From: Camelus ferus
Taxonomy: Eukaryota
Assembly (NCBI RefSeq): GCF_009834535.1
Contig: NC_045697.1
Coordinates: 115,384,001 to 115,448,000 of the forward strand
Direction of reading: 5' to 3'
DNA length: 64,000 nt
The notes under the pieces were generated by a model that was given only the letters and a program-made list of their open reading frames with translations, ran no database searches and had not been told where the DNA came from. Positions 24,415 through 38,159 of the stretch are shown piece after piece. Within the stretch, counting starts at the first letter, position 1; each line of letters begins with the position of its first letter. The translations under genes were made by a program, and so were the position numbers.

Positions 24415-26460
24415 ATTGATAACCACCAACACCTGGATACCAAAACCAGGCAAAGACAGTATCAGAAAGGAAAATTACAGGCCACTATTTTTGATGACTA
24501 TAGATGGATGCAAAAATTCTCAAAAAAAAATACAGATATCTGTTGCATTTCTGTATACTACTGATGAAATATCAGAAAGAGAAAGTATAAAAAATCCCTT
24601 TTAAAATCATATAAAAAAAATTTACAAATAAACGTGACCAAGGAGGTGAAAGGCTTACTTACATGCTGAGAACTACAAAATATTGATAAAGGAAATTGAA
24701 GATCCTTCAAGGAAATGGAGATATCACATAGTCTTTGAGAAGAAGAATTGATATTGTTAAAATGGCCATAGTACCCAAAGCAATCTACAGAGTTAATAGG
24801 ATCCCTATCAAATTACCCATGACATTTTTCACAGAACTAGAGCTAATAATTCTAAAATTTATATTGAACCACAAAAGATCCTGAATTGCCAAAGCAATCT
24901 TGAGAAAAAAGAACAATCTGGAGGTATCACACTCCCTGGCTTCAGACAATACTAGAAAGCTAGAAAGCTACAGTAATCAAAACACTACAGTACTGGCACA
25001 AAAGCAGACATGTAGATCAATGGAACAGAATAGAGAGCACAGAAATGAACCCACACACTTAATGGTCAATTAATCTATGACAAAGGAAGAAAGAATATAC
25101 AATAAAGAAAAGACAGTTTCTTCATCAAGTGGCTGGACAGCCACATGTAAATCAATGAAGCTAGAACACTCTCTCACACCATACACAAAAATAAATTCAA
25201 AATGGCTTAAAGACTTCAACATAAGACAAGACACTACAAAACCTCTTAGAGGAACACATAGGCAAAACATTCTCTGACGTAATGTTTTCTTAGGTCAGTC
25301 TCCCAAGGCAAAAGAAATAAAAGCAAAAATAAACAAATAGGACCAAATTAAACTTACAAGCTTTTGCACAGTAAAGGAAACCATAAGCAAAATGAAAAGA
25401 CAACCTATGAACAGGGAGAAAATATTTGCAGATGATATAACTGACAGGGGCTTGATTTCCAAAATATACATACAGTTCATACAACTCAATAACAAAAAAG
25501 AAACAACCCATTCAAAAAATGGGCAGAAGACCTAAACAGATATTTCTCCAAAGAAGACATACAAATGGCCAATAGACACCTGAAAAGATGCTCTATATCA
25601 CTAATTATTAGATGTAAGTCAAAACTACAATGAGTTATTACCTCACACTGGTCAGAATGGTCATCATCAAAATATCTACAAATAGTGAATGCTGGAGAGA
25701 GTGTGTAGAAAAGGAAACTCTCCTATAATGTTGGTGGAAATGTAAATTGGTACAGCTGCTATGGAAAACAATATAAAGATTCCTTTAAAAACTAAAAATA
25801 GAGTTACCATATAATCTAGCTACCCCACTCCTGGGCATATATCCAGAGAAAACTCTAATTTGAAAAGATACATGTACATCAATGTTCATAGCAGTGCTAT
25901 TTACAATAACCAAGACATGGAATCAACCTAAATCCCCATTGACAGATGACTAGGTAAAGAAGATGTGGTATATTTATACAATGGAATACTACTTAGCCAT
26001 AAAAAAGAGTAAAATAATGCCATTTGCATCAACATGTTTGGACCTAGAGATGAGCATACAAAGTTATTTAAGTCAGACAGATAAAGACAAATATCATATG
26101 ATATCACTTATATGTGGAATCTACAAAATTATAAAAACGAAATTATATACAAACAGAAATAGAATCACAGACATAGAAAACAAACTTATGGTTACCAAAT
26201 GGGGAAGAGGGGAGGGATAAATTAGGAGTCTGGGATTCGTGGATTCAACTACTGTATATAAAATAGATAAACAGCAAGGACTTACTGTATAGCACAGGGA
26301 ACTATATTCAATATCTTGTAAAAAACTACACTGAAAAAGAATTTGAAAAAGAATATGTATGTGTATATATATATACATACACACACACATACATATATGT
26401 ACACCAGAAACTAACACAACACTGTAAATAAACTACAATTCATTTAAGAAATTAAATTAT
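24415..26460 (+). mobile_element. L1 ORF2 3' half and 3'UTR, with an internal deletion near 24530
   Basis: ORF2 peptides [39 protein letters not shown]; terminal 'gtacaccagaaactaacacaacactgtaaat'. Confidence 0.95.
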
Positions 26461-27423
26461 CTTTGGCATTCAGTTTTTTAAAAAATGATAGATTATTAAG
26501 TGTTTAGATTAAAAATTGTTAAAGAAATAAATTTGAGACAAATTTTGAGAACGTTTAGACATGTTACACTTAATAAAGGAAGCAGCTTAGAGATATAATG
26601 CATCCAGGAGGGTTAGAAGGCAAATTCAGAAGAATTACAGAAAAGCAAATGATCATAGTTAGCTAAGCAAAGGGATGCGTAAAACAGAGACAAAATGAAT
26701 TGTCATTAAAAAGGTAGAAATGAAATCAGTTAAGTTAAAAATACCATGAGATACTTTTGAATACTTTAAGTTAGACTATGAAATGTGAATGAATCAATGA
26801 CATGAAATTTTCATGAAGTCTTCAAATAAATATTTTCAATAAATATTTATTAAAGTTATTATTATAAATGATTCATTAGGTAAAAAATAAGAACAAAGTC
26901 TTCTAAAGTTGTTACAAAAAATATTTTTCTATAAATGGACCTCTGAGCCACAGTATGCCCCACTAAAAGTGCCAAAGGAGTGCAATGTGGGTAATTAAAG
27001 GTAAGATGAAACTATTACAAAGAACAGTAAAATACATAAACTTACTTCCTATGGAGAATAGAAGTTTATCAATAGACCAAGTGATTCTTTTAGCACGGAC
27101 AGTATGAGAGAAATTTTTTTTCCGATGCATGAAGAATTCCATATGCTAGTCAGTGGAAAGGAAAATGCTGAAACTACAAGTATAATACTGGATTATTTTA
27201 TAAAGGTGCTTAAATTTAATTCCGAATACTTAAGGAAAATTATTATTCATTTTTGGGAATATTTGATTACAGTTTTTCTTGACGTCTTCCTGATCCATGA
27301 TTCCATGAGTTTATGAACAAAGAACCTTAAAAAAGTGTAGGCATGTAAACACAAGCTGCTTTTAAATTCATAAAACAAAGTGTTGTTTTCTTATTTTTAA
27401 AATGATTTATTTTTTAGTTGCTA

Positions 27424-27583
27424 CTGGTTTCCAACCCTTTTCAGAGAGTTGAGGATGCCATTCAGTAATCTGATTAAAAATGTCCATTCTTAACCTCAAA
27501 AGTCCTATGACTCATCTCTCAATATTTTGCAAGTAAGTTAGGGGATATTTACACATCCTCTGAGGTCAAGTTACTAGCCACTG
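27424..27583. mobile_element. Degraded hAT-Charlie MITE (MER103/MER5-like)
   Basis: Ends resemble cagtggtttccaacc...ggtt..agccactg terminal repeats; about 160 bp. Confidence 0.4.
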
Positions 27584-29703
27584 ATATAAACTGTGTGTTC
27601 CTAGGGACTAGATAATGAACACATGCTTTAAGAGTTTTGCAGAAGCACCAAACATCCATACTCATCTTCCCTCCTGCACACTGGAATCCAGGAGGTCATT
27701 TGCATCGGATCTACACAGCTAAGAAAAATGGAAGACTTGAGAACTGACCAATGATTTAGGGTTGTTTGCAGACTTCCATTCTATGTAATCTATTTCAAGA
27801 TATTAGCAGCCTCCCGCTTTTTTTTTTTTTAAATATATTTCACACCAAATTGTCTAAATTATTTAGACAAAAAAGAACAGCAAGTCTGTCTTCCAGATTC
27901 TTAAGCTTATTCATTAGTAATCTAAACAATTGGAGCTAGGATATTTTTAAAGCCTATATTTTGTATTTTGGAGAATAAATGAAAATGGGTTACTGTGTAG
28001 CAAAGTATAAAAAGCCAAATATTGGATATTTGCCAACTGTATAAGCCTATGTTGCAAAAATGAAGGTAAAATTTAAATATATTCCTGGATGAAGTTTTGT
28101 TTGAATAATTTATTTTTTTCAGCATATTTTTACATCTGTTAGATAATGCTTATGACTATATTGCATGCAAAATAGCTACAATTCTGGTTAATTAAAAAAT
28201 AACTAGTGAAAATATTTTAAAACTGATGTCTTTTTAGTACTGTGAAATTTATTTTATTGTTAAAACTTTATATTTTATGTTTTGAGCTATACAGTGCAAA
28301 ACATGTATGTCTTCCATTGAAGCTATAATAAATTGATAACCTTGTTATTATTTCAATTTTATCCAGTATGATGTTAGGATAACAATGCAACACTTTACTT
28401 TCCTTGTGTTCAAAAAGTTAAATACAGTTAATATTTCAAAATTTGAAGATTCTATGAGTTCTCCTTAAGGTTGAGAAATATTATTCTTTTACGTTTTTAT
28501 ACTGTGTTTTTACTAAGTCTAAAAACACTTGTTCAATGAAGCACTTTTAAATAAACCTTTTCAAATAATTAAAAGATGCTTGGACAAATTACATTTGAGT
28601 TGAGAAGCTTCAGAATCAGGTTAACAGCATAGTAAATCTACTTACTTAGCATCCTTCTCCAATTTCTTTTCTTTTTTTTTTTTTTTTTTTTTTTCAAGTT
28701 TCTCTGGCACTTGTATTAGGACTTCACAAAAGAAAAGTGGTTTGGATACTCTGGAATTTTAAAACAGTAAATGCAATTAAGCTTGGATGAGTAGATCTCT
28801 CTTCAACATTTGGCAACCTTTTTAAGGACATGAAAAAGTAAAGGAAAGTACTTACTGAAGCATCCTCAACAACATTGTAGGAAGATTGGGGAAGGAAATA
28901 CTTTGCCAGATAAATGGAGGAGTCCTCATATGCAAATCTGTGCATTTATTATGTTCTCTTACCAAAAGTATTCCGTAAGAAGGTGCTTTTTAGAGTACAA
29001 TAAACTTTATTTTTTATGACAAACTTGGCATGATGAAAATCATTTTTCCCCCCAAAAAGGTAGCTTTTCCAAAATATAATTATGTAAAATGTTTTATTCA
29101 CACATCAGAGTATCAAAGGTAATAAAGATACGGCCACGAGTGAGATCTACTTCCTGTGAGTAAACTGACATTAGTGTGGAGAGTTTTCTTTCTTTCTTTG
29201 TTTTAATTAAACTTACTGAACTTCGCTTTTATGTTAACAATGGTTTTGGAGCATTTCAGCCAAGTGGGATTTCTTCTTATCCTCTGTGAATTTCGCTGGG
29301 GATTTTAGTTTCCTCTAGTATCTTTAGTATTTCTTAACTTTGTAAGATCTATTTTTGGATCTATTAATGTTAAGTGTGTTCATTTAGAGACAGTTTATAC
29401 CGTGGAATCATGAGCAAGCTCATTCATAAATTCAATCAATCAAACATTTGATGAAAAAACATAATTGAAAGTCCAGTGGTAAACTAAGCTTACATGACTC
29501 ATAGTTTGGGTGAGTAGGAAGCATAGAACAGCATCTTTTAGAGCCCTCCAGAAAGGTTAGGTTTATATCAGAAATAACAGACAGAAAATGTCTCTATAAA
29601 AATGGTGACATTTGCTTTAGAGTGCCTGCTTTTTCTCAACCATGAGAACCTGTTCTGAGGACACAGGTAGCCTGCATATAGTGCCAGTAAATAATTACCC
29701 AAT

Positions 29704-30000
29704 AGCATTTATTTAGCAAATAGTACTACTGGGCTGTTATATGCCAGTGATGGATTTAGATTCTAATGGAAGAGACACACACTAGACAAATGAATAAAAA
29801 AATTAATAGATGAAAATTGGGGAAGTGCTTAGGTGGCCGACAATAGGGTGCTGTTTCAGAGAGTAACAGCAATGCACTTAGCTACTTTGCATAGGAGGTT
29901 AGGAAAAGACCACAAAAAGTAATTTTTAGGCTGATTCCTGATTCTGATTGAGAAGTTCCCAGGCACATGCAAAGGTGGGAAAAATAATTTCTATACAAAA
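29704..30000 (-). mobile_element. L2 3' fragment
   Basis: 'gcatttatttagc..tactgggctg..' followed by purine-rich antisense L2 sequence. Confidence 0.5.
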
Positions 30001-30849
30001 GCCATCATCTAAAAAGGCACATAATACCAGTCCCATACAGCTATGACGGATACCATCCAAGGTCAATGCTGAATTGCCTTTCATTAGTCTTTACTCATAT
30101 ATTTTTTTTTATTATCTCACATAGCAAGTCAAATCTGGAACATTGGATTTAAGTGATTCTGTCTTCACAGCTTTTAGGGAAAGTTTTCTCCTATTCAGGC
30201 CACAAACCCTCTCCTCTTAGCATCGGAGACTATCAATTAAAACTAGGTCAGCAACTACAGAGGTTTCAAAAAGCCACATTAGTATCTCTGACATTTCTGC
30301 TGATGTTAGCTGTACTTCTTTTTGCTCGGGTGCCGTGGTGAATGCATGCTAGAGACTCAAATCATTAATGACTGTGTTCTGAAATTAATAAACCAGGTAA
30401 ATGGCATCAGCTATAAGAATCTAAATTGGATGCTCCGTAAAAACTATAATTCACACCAATATGTATTTTGTGGTATTTCCATTGGAGTCACTTCGTATGC
30501 CAGTAAAAAGGGGTATTCTTTATTTTAACAATTAAATGGGAATATGACTCAGGATAAGAGAGTCTATTGTTCCTTCTACCATTTGACTAAGTTGTTATTT
30601 CTTGGGCTGTCTGGTTATATGAGAAGGGTAAGGGGTAATTATCATGTAATCAGCCAAATAAAGGTTGAATAGCAGTTCCTCTACTGAGTTCTTTAACCAT
30701 GCTCACAATATTTCAAACCTCTTCAACTTAGATAACATTTTTGAGAGAGAAATAAAATTCTGTGCTCTCACAGGTAGCAAATACTCAATTTTCCGTCATC
30801 AGTGCCCTGATTTGAGTCATTGTTTTTTTGTATCGATACAAGAGTGATG

Positions 30850-31085
30850 GACAGTGACATTTAAGACTTGTCATAAGATAAGGTTTTGAAGCCTGGCTTT
30901 GGGATTTACTATCGGTGATCTCAGATGAGCTAGTTAACATCCTTAAATCTGTTTGCAAATCTGTGAAATGAAAGCCCCTGGTTTATAAGATTGTTATCAG
31001 GGTTAAAAAGAATAAAGTATTTGAAGTGTTATTACAGTGTTGGCACATGGTGAACATTAAAAATTGAACGTTTTTATTATTATTA
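30850..31085 (+). mobile_element. MIR
   Basis: 'atctgtgaaatg..ataagattgttatcagggttaaa..cagtgttggcacatggtgaacattaaaa..ttattatt'. Confidence 0.75.
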
Positions 31086-31340
31086 CAAATTAAAAGTAAA
31101 TTTGTATTTTGTATAAAATAGTGAAGTTTTCCCATATTTTCCAGCATTTTTCTATATGCTGTAATCATCCAAATCCTAGCCATTACTTAGGATCCCTAAT
31201 ATTATAAATTTGAATGATAACTTGGGCCATCTTGATGTATTTCAACTCAATGAGAGAAAAGGAATTGGACTTATCACTAGAAAGAGAATAATTAAATGGT
31301 TCACACCAATCTAAGAATTAATTAAAATTAAACAATTCAT

Positions 31341-31480
31341 GGGGGAGGGTATAGCTCAAGTTGTAGACTGCATGCTTAACATGCACAAGGTCCTGGGTTC
31401 AATCCCAGTACCTCCTCTAAATAATAAATAAATAAGTAAACCTAATTACCTCCCCTCTCAAAAAATTTTAAAAAAATAAA
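31341..31480 (+). mobile_element. Vic-1-like SINE
   Basis: gggggagggtatagctcaagttgtagactgcatgcttaacatgcacaaggtcctgggttcaatccc; TSD taaacaattcat (31329-31340) / taaacgatttat (31481-31492). Confidence 0.95.
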
Positions 31481-31585
31481 TAAACGATTTATGCATAAAA
31501 TAACAATGTAATGCTTTAACATGTTTTCAAATGAGATTTTAGAAAAATTATTCTCAGAAGTTCTAACTTGCTGCTTTCAATGACT

Positions 31586-32278
31586 TATTATTTTATTTTA
31601 TTTTATTTTTTATTGAAGTAGAGTCAGTTTACAATGCTGTGTCATTTTCAGGTGTACAGCATCATGTCTCAGTCCTACATACACATGCATGTATTGCTTT
31701 TCATATTCTTGTTCATTATAAGTTACAAGATATTGAATATAGTTCCCTGTGCTATACAGAAGAAACTTATTAAATATCAATTTTATATATAGTAGTTAGT
31801 ATCTGCAAATCTTGAACTCCCAATTTAATCCCTTCCCACCACCTTTCACCCCTCGTAACCATAAGTCTGTTTTCTATGTCTGTCTGTGAGTCTGTTTCTG
31901 TTTTGCAAATAAATTCATTTGTGTCTTTTTTTTTTTTTTTTTTTTTTTAGATTTCACATATGAGTGATATCATATGGTATTTTTCTTTTTCTTTCTGACT
32001 TACCTCACTTAGAAAAACAATTTCCAGGTCCATTCATATTACTGCAAATGGCATTATTTTATTCTTTTTTATGGCTGAGTAGTATTCTATTGTATAAACA
32101 TACCACAACTTGTTTATCCAGTCATCTGTCGATGAATGTTTAGGTTGCTTCCATGACTTGGCTGTTGTAAATAGTGCTGCTGTGAACATTGAGATGCATG
32201 TATTTTTTTTGAATTACAGTTCCTTCCAGGTATGTGCCCAGGAGTGCGATTGCTGGATCATATGGTAGGTCTGTTTTC
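31586..32278 (-). mobile_element. 5'-truncated L1
   Basis: Poly-T/(TTTTA)n tail on the left, then L1 3'UTR and ORF2 end; flanked by tcaatgac on both sides. Confidence 0.93.
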
Positions 32279-32699
32279 TCAATGACATTTCAAATATTGA
32301 GGATACTTATTCTTCTTTCATAGAAAATTCTAATATAACAAGTCATGGAATTTAGTCCAAAAAACAAATCTGGTCTTCTCCATGCAGACAGAGACCACAA
32401 TCATCTCTCCCACTAATATGTTCCCAGTGCCGAGAAGATGACTAGGCTTATAGTAACTACTTAACAAACACTTTTCCATTACTGAATGGAGAAAGAAGTC
32501 GTTTTAGTTAAGCTTTGTTTTATCAAGGGAAGATGCAGGGAAGAAAATGTGAGTTAAAGTTGAAGCAAGAAAAGTTGGAGATTCGTGCATACCGTCCACG
32601 GGGAGCCTTCTGCATACCGAGCTGGCTGTGCAGGCTTACAGCAACAACATTACACAGTTGGAATATATACATTTGGGAATCGTTACTTGACAGGCCATG

Positions 32700-33085
32700 A
32701 GCAGGGATGGAATGCTCATGTTTCAAGGATGTAGAAAGATAGTAATACAGAAAATATAAGGACCACCAACCTTCAGAGGATGGGTAGAGGAGAAGCCTGT
32801 TTGACAGACTGAAAAGAATACACAGGGATTGGAGGGTGTCATGGAAACCTAGAGAAAGCAGAGTATCTCAGAAAGCTGGGGATGATCAACCAAGTCAAAT
32901 GGTGCTAACAGTTAAGAAAGAAATGGAAAATGCCATTTGGGTTTATCAACATGGAAATGACTAGTTACCTGAGCAAAAATAATTTTGATAGAGAAGTCTG
33001 GAGTGAACTGAATGGTGACTTGAAGTCAATAAAGAGGAAACAGTGTGGGACAAGACTATCTTGAGAAATTTGGCCAAGCAGGATA
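32700..33085 (-). mobile_element. L2 fragment
   Basis: 'gtgtcatggaaacctagaga..gatcaaccaagtcaaatggtgct..atttgggtttatcaacatggaaatgactagttacctgag' matches antisense L2. Confidence 0.7.
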
Positions 33086-33088
33086 AGA

Positions 33089-33432
33089 CAGGTCCACAGT
33101 CCCTTATGCGAAAATTTAGGGCTCAGGTGTGTTCGGAATTCTGAATATTTCATATTAAAAAAAGGTAAAGAAACACCTATTGTTTGTAAGTGACACCACT
33201 CTGACCTCTTAACAGCACTCCAAAATCAAATATTGTGTTTGAAATTCCATTAACTTTTCTGGAGTGAAATATATGAATATGTGAATATTCATGCTAAATT
33301 AGATAAGACTATAAACTGCCTCTCATCATTTAAATTCTGAGAAGATTTTTGACCAGCTAAATAAAATTAAAAAAAAAAAACTTTTGGTTTTCAAAGTTTT
33401 GGGATATCTGGATTGTGGTTGAAAAATTATGC
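33089..33432 (+). mobile_element. MER46C-like TcMar-Tigger MITE
   Basis: Starts caggtccacagtcccttat; internal 'tatgaatattcatgctaa..aagactataaa'; ends 'ttttggttttcaaagttttgggatatctggattgtgg'. Confidence 0.8.
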
Positions 33433-34076
33433 AGGAAAATATGATGCTAGCTAGAGGATTTGCTATGAAAAATGTGTTTTCTTGTGTTTTGATTTGGTTT
33501 TCTACTACTGTAACTACCAAAACATATCTAAAAAATGATACTGGGGTCTTCATAAAGGAGTGACTAAAGATTGAGGACAGATAGGAGATTTCTAGTCGAA
33601 TTCAGGTCCCTGAGAAGTCAATTTGTTAGAAAATCTAGAGGTCACAAGAGGGACTAGCACTTCATAGAACATTGGCATGTCTTTAAATTTTACCCAGAGA
33701 CAAGGACAGAAAGGGTAAAAATGCAGAGAACTTATGCATTTGGTACAGGGTAGATAACAGGATTCATTTTTAACCGTTTTTATTTTCTCTGTGAAATGCG
33801 ATCAAAAGATACTGCCAGAGAGTTTAGAAAGCAAAGGGAGACTCCACTGTTTGAGTGTGGAACAGTCTTTGATGAAGAAGGGAGAGCAAAAATTATTAGA
33901 AAAAAATGTGTACGATCTGTTACTTGCAATTATGATAGTTAAACTTGATTGATTAATATTAATGCAATCATTCTCTGCATATTTATAAGGGTCTATGATG
34001 TTACTGATGTGTTCTAGGCAGTAAAATAGAGGAAGGGTAAGATACAGTCACCTTCCTGTAAATTAAATCATATTGG

Positions 34077-34591
34077 TGAGACAGGAGGGAAGAGGGCAGA
34101 GCACAGCCATTCAAGGAATGACACAGCAGTTAGCACCAAGATGGCAGGGGACTTGACTTCCAGTAGACCTTGAGTTTCATTATACACTCACTGTAATACA
34201 TTAACCTGGTAAATGGCACACCCACAGGTGCCATGAAGTTTCCGAGGCTGACCATAAAAGGTCAAAAAGTGGGTGATGGCCCAGTTCCTGGGAATCTCAG
34301 CCTCTTCCCCAGGACACTTGGAATAATCCTCCCACATGTTAGCATATGAAGTCACCAAGGCCATAAAAACTAACCACCCCACACCTCTGGACTCTCTTGC
34401 CTTCTAAGACACCTGCACTCTGTCTACGAAGTATGTATCTTTCTGAATAAATCTACTTTTACTCAACTACAGCTCACTCTTGAATTCTTTCCTGTGCGAA
34501 GCCAAGGACCCTCACTTGACAGGGCACATCCCAAGGACTCCACCAGGACCTGGGACATTCCATCCTCTTGTGTGTCCCATTTTCCTGTATC
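34077..34591 (+). mobile_element. Solo ERV1 LTR related to the proviral LTR at 12068-12632
   Basis: Starts tgagacaggagggaagagggcag; TATA-like cataaaaa near 34362; AATAAA near 34446; shares 'cacacccacagg', 'aaaaagtgg' and 'ttcctgtgcga' blocks with the provirus LTR. Confidence 0.88.
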
Positions 34592-34612
34592 GGTGGGAGA
34601 GAAATTTCAATT

Positions 34613-34632
34613 AAAACTTTTTTTTGTGTGTG

Positions 34633-34663
<31 letters not shown>

Positions 34664-34749
34664 TTGAAGTATAGTCAGTTTATATTGTGTCAATTATTTA
34701 TTTATTTATTTTTATGCATATATATATATATATTTCTACTGAAGTATAA
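34613..34749 (-). mobile_element. Two tandem, extremely truncated L1 tails with (TA)n
   Basis: 'ttttttaattgaagtatagtcagtttatattgtgtcaatt' and 'tctactgaagtata', bracketed by aaatttcaatt at 34602-34612 and 34750-34760. Confidence 0.7.
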
Positions 34750-35843
34750 AAATTTCAATTTATAGTAAACAGATTCAGAAATTAAACCTTGAAAAATAAA
34801 CTAAGCATGTCTTAATTCCTTTAAGCTCATTGTGCAGACATATGCGAGCACAGACACTGGGGTTAGGATTTTCAGAACCAGAGCTGAAGAATCGATTTAG
34901 GAGAGCCAAATTAGAACAAGAGAAGCCCATAAAATAACTCACATAAAAAGAAACTTTTTTTGACTCCATATAACCACACGATGAAAAGTTCTACAGAATT
35001 ATACACATTATTTAATTTTAAGGTGAAAACAAAATTAAGTATCAATATAAGGAATAGTTTATTTGTCATAAAACAGTCATTATCTTTATAAAGTTACCGT
35101 CACCATCCATCGCTGTGTGCTGATCTGATCGTGTTTGGATCCCAGTGTTACAGAAAACTGGTTTCACTTCACAAATTCATCTGGTGCCGGCACCTGACTC
35201 ATTATTAGCAATGTCAAATCATGTAAAACACATGGCATTCCTCTGTAACAAGCATCTTTTATCTCCTCCTGCGGGAGGCGTATAGCATAAAAGAATCTCA
35301 CTGAAAATGTGTCTCAAGGACTTGTTTCTTGATTACAGTGCCATACATCGCGGTGCTGTGGTTTAAAGTCTCTGTGCTTCCCTCCCAGACACCAGTTTGT
35401 GAGCGCTTCTATTTCAGCAACTCAGAATGTCACGTTCTGAAACCTGGCACTCAAATCGCAAATGGAGCGAATACTTTTTTTTTTTTTAAATAAGAATTAG
35501 TGCAAATGGTCAAGCTATTTCATTTTCCTAAAATGTAGTTTCTAGAATTTTTCTAGTCATCCACGAATAAAACATGTTCTCAGTACTTTTAAAGATGAAT
35601 AGTTCAGCAATATTTTGTGCTAAGCAAGATAAAAATTAAATAAAGGCTGATGCCAGGAGCATGTCCTGCTTGATTCTGGATTAGAAAGAACCCAAAAGAC
35701 TGAATATTTGGTCTCGAGGGCTTCTCAACTAGCCATGGGCCAGCAACTATTCTTAACACTTTGAATGTAAATCAAATTTATAACCTCGATTTCAGATCCT
35801 CAAGTTATTTAAGTTTTTATTATACTGAGTGGGTTAAGGCCTT

Positions 35844-35882
35844 TACACACGCGTGCGCGCGCACACACACACACACACACGT
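35844..35882. repeat. Alternating purine-pyrimidine (CA/CG) tract
   Basis: tacacacgcgtgcgcgcgcacacacacacacacacacgt. Confidence 0.9.
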
Positions 35883-38159
35883 TGGAAAGGCAGATCTTTC
35901 TGGAAGACGTGGGTGATCTACCATGGGGCAAGGATCCCCATGTCAGGGCAGTGTTTAGATTCACAGTGTTTTCATAGCTATGGTTACTTGAAAAAAAAAA
36001 TAGATCTAAGGACATTTTTAAACTATCAATCATATGCTTACAAATCCTATTTGATTGGAAAATCTAAACAGAAATTTTAACAGTGCATCTTACTTATAAT
36101 TCACAGCGTCACTCTCTTAGATGTGATATGTTCAAAACTCCAGGTCACACCTTTGATTCTATACCACCTTCTAGTGTGGTGAGGTGCTTTTGCAAATGCA
36201 GAGGCTGTCCTAGCAACCAGCCTTTAGACCTAACACATAGCATGGCAACCCAGGGGGGGCTTCAACCTGCCTAACGAAGATGAATTAAGTGTTGCGTGAA
36301 TTGTCTGCACTGGAGACTATCTGTCTGATAAGGATGGGTAAACTCAAAGAATCATGAAACAGATCAAATGCCTTTCAGATCTAGGTTACTGACTTTAATT
36401 TGTTTTACTTAGTCTTTTCAACGTCCAGCAATGACTGGTGTTATAAGAAAACAGAAGGCATTCATAGCCACACTTTCTTAAAAGTATCACCAAACGTAAG
36501 TACGGAAATAGCCTTCAGCTAAACTGACTGTCTTGCTCAAAGCCCTGCGGTAGTAGTATTTTAGCAAATCCCCTTTATTTAAGGGCATTATTTATTCCTT
36601 TTATTTTTAGGATTTAGTGACAAAATGACGGTACTCTAATTTGCGTCAACTGAAGCATTAAATTTCCGATTTAGATGTTCATGGAAGCATATGAAATCAG
36701 ATGTAATATTCCTACCAAGAAACAATATTCTTACTACCATTTAAAGCTTCTTATTCACTAAGCCAATGGAAAAATTTAAAATCATCCTTAGTACTTAATC
36801 TTGGCTACTATAAATCTTGCCTTCCAGGTTATGACCTTCTGTTTTTCAGTTGAAATGCAGTTTTTAAATGCACCATTGATTTTTCCTACAACGTATCAAC
36901 GCATCTGTACGTCAGTGAATAGGCAAATGAAATTCTAGCTCTAAAATTAGATTTGGGGCTCTCACTTTAGCTGCTAGTTTTCTGTCACCGTTCCTTCACT
37001 GCCAAGACACATGACTTTGAAACTAAAGAACAAAAGGATTAGAAATTGTTACACCAAAATAAATCTGACTTTATATTGGGCTGTTGTTGTTTTTGGCATT
37101 GCTGAATATTTGTTTTCTGACAGAACACAGTGATTGCTTTTCTGGCAAATATTTTCTCTGGGTCCTGTTTATATTATTCCATCACACTTCCTGAATTAAC
37201 ATAATTATTTATCAGAGCACTCATAATATCAGAGAGAGAATTTTTTAATGTGCAACTCTGGTCAGCCTCCTCGGATTTGTGTGGCGTACAGATCTAATGT
37301 GCATCAATATAACTGAATACAGAATGTCTTTTTCACAATACTCATTTTTTTTATACTTCTATTTAATTTGACAGGATGGTGGAGGTCACTGTTTTTTTGT
37401 GACTGTTATCTGCATAATCATTCAATGAGCACTAGATAAAAGTACAAAGATACATTAGAAATTGTGACTGATCCCCAGATACTTCAGATCTGAGAAATTA
37501 ACAAAATCAGTCATTTATGAAGTGATGTACAATATCTTACCTCATAGAAATTCTGAGAAAAGAGAGAAATGACTCTTAGTTGAGAGGACAAGAAAGCTTC
37601 CATGAGGAATTCGAGATGATGTAGCAAAGTATAGAATTAGAAATTCTCAAGCCATGTTTGTACAACAAAAATAGGCCTGCAAAACATAGATTGGAGGAAA
37701 GAATAATAAAAATACAAATAAATGTAATTTTTTAGAAGTCCAAAAAGACGAATTTGGGGCTGATTACAAATATTTTTTTAAGTGACAAAATGAAGAGAAA
37801 TTGAAATTTGATCCCTTGTTAGTGACAACATTTAAAAATGTTTTCATCTCCCCTCAAACATCTGATAAAGAAATGAATATGGCAGGCTAAGCATGATCAA
37901 GAAATCTCTACCCCAAAGTGGGGTAAGGAAGGTTAGAAGCTACAAAGGAAGTTGGGAGGCTATCAGCATAATCTGTGTTTCAGGACGTGAGACTCTAATA
38001 GGATGAAAGCAATGCATTTGGAAAAAGAAAAAGTCATTTTCCTTGAAAAAGACAAATAATTGTATCTAGTAAATTAAATGCCACGGTTATAGGAGTACTG
38101 TGTAGAATTAGAAGTGTGTAGGACTCAGAAGGCAGGCTGGTTGATGGGGTCAACAACGT

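Noticed and set aside
28856..28937. Minus-strand exon ending TCA|GTAAGT
   Set aside because: The donor is reasonable, but the acceptor (aacataataaatgcacag) lacks a polypyrimidine tract and the peptides are unrecognisable.
31341..31415. tRNA gene (A and B boxes present; also at 20138 and 61619)
   Set aside because: These are heads of tRNA-derived SINEs, with A-rich tails and TSDs and no intact acceptor stem.
12068..34591. LTRs at 12068-12632 and 34077-34591 as two ends of one provirus
   Set aside because: They are in opposite orientations, have different 3' ends, and the internal sequence lies on the other side of the first LTR.
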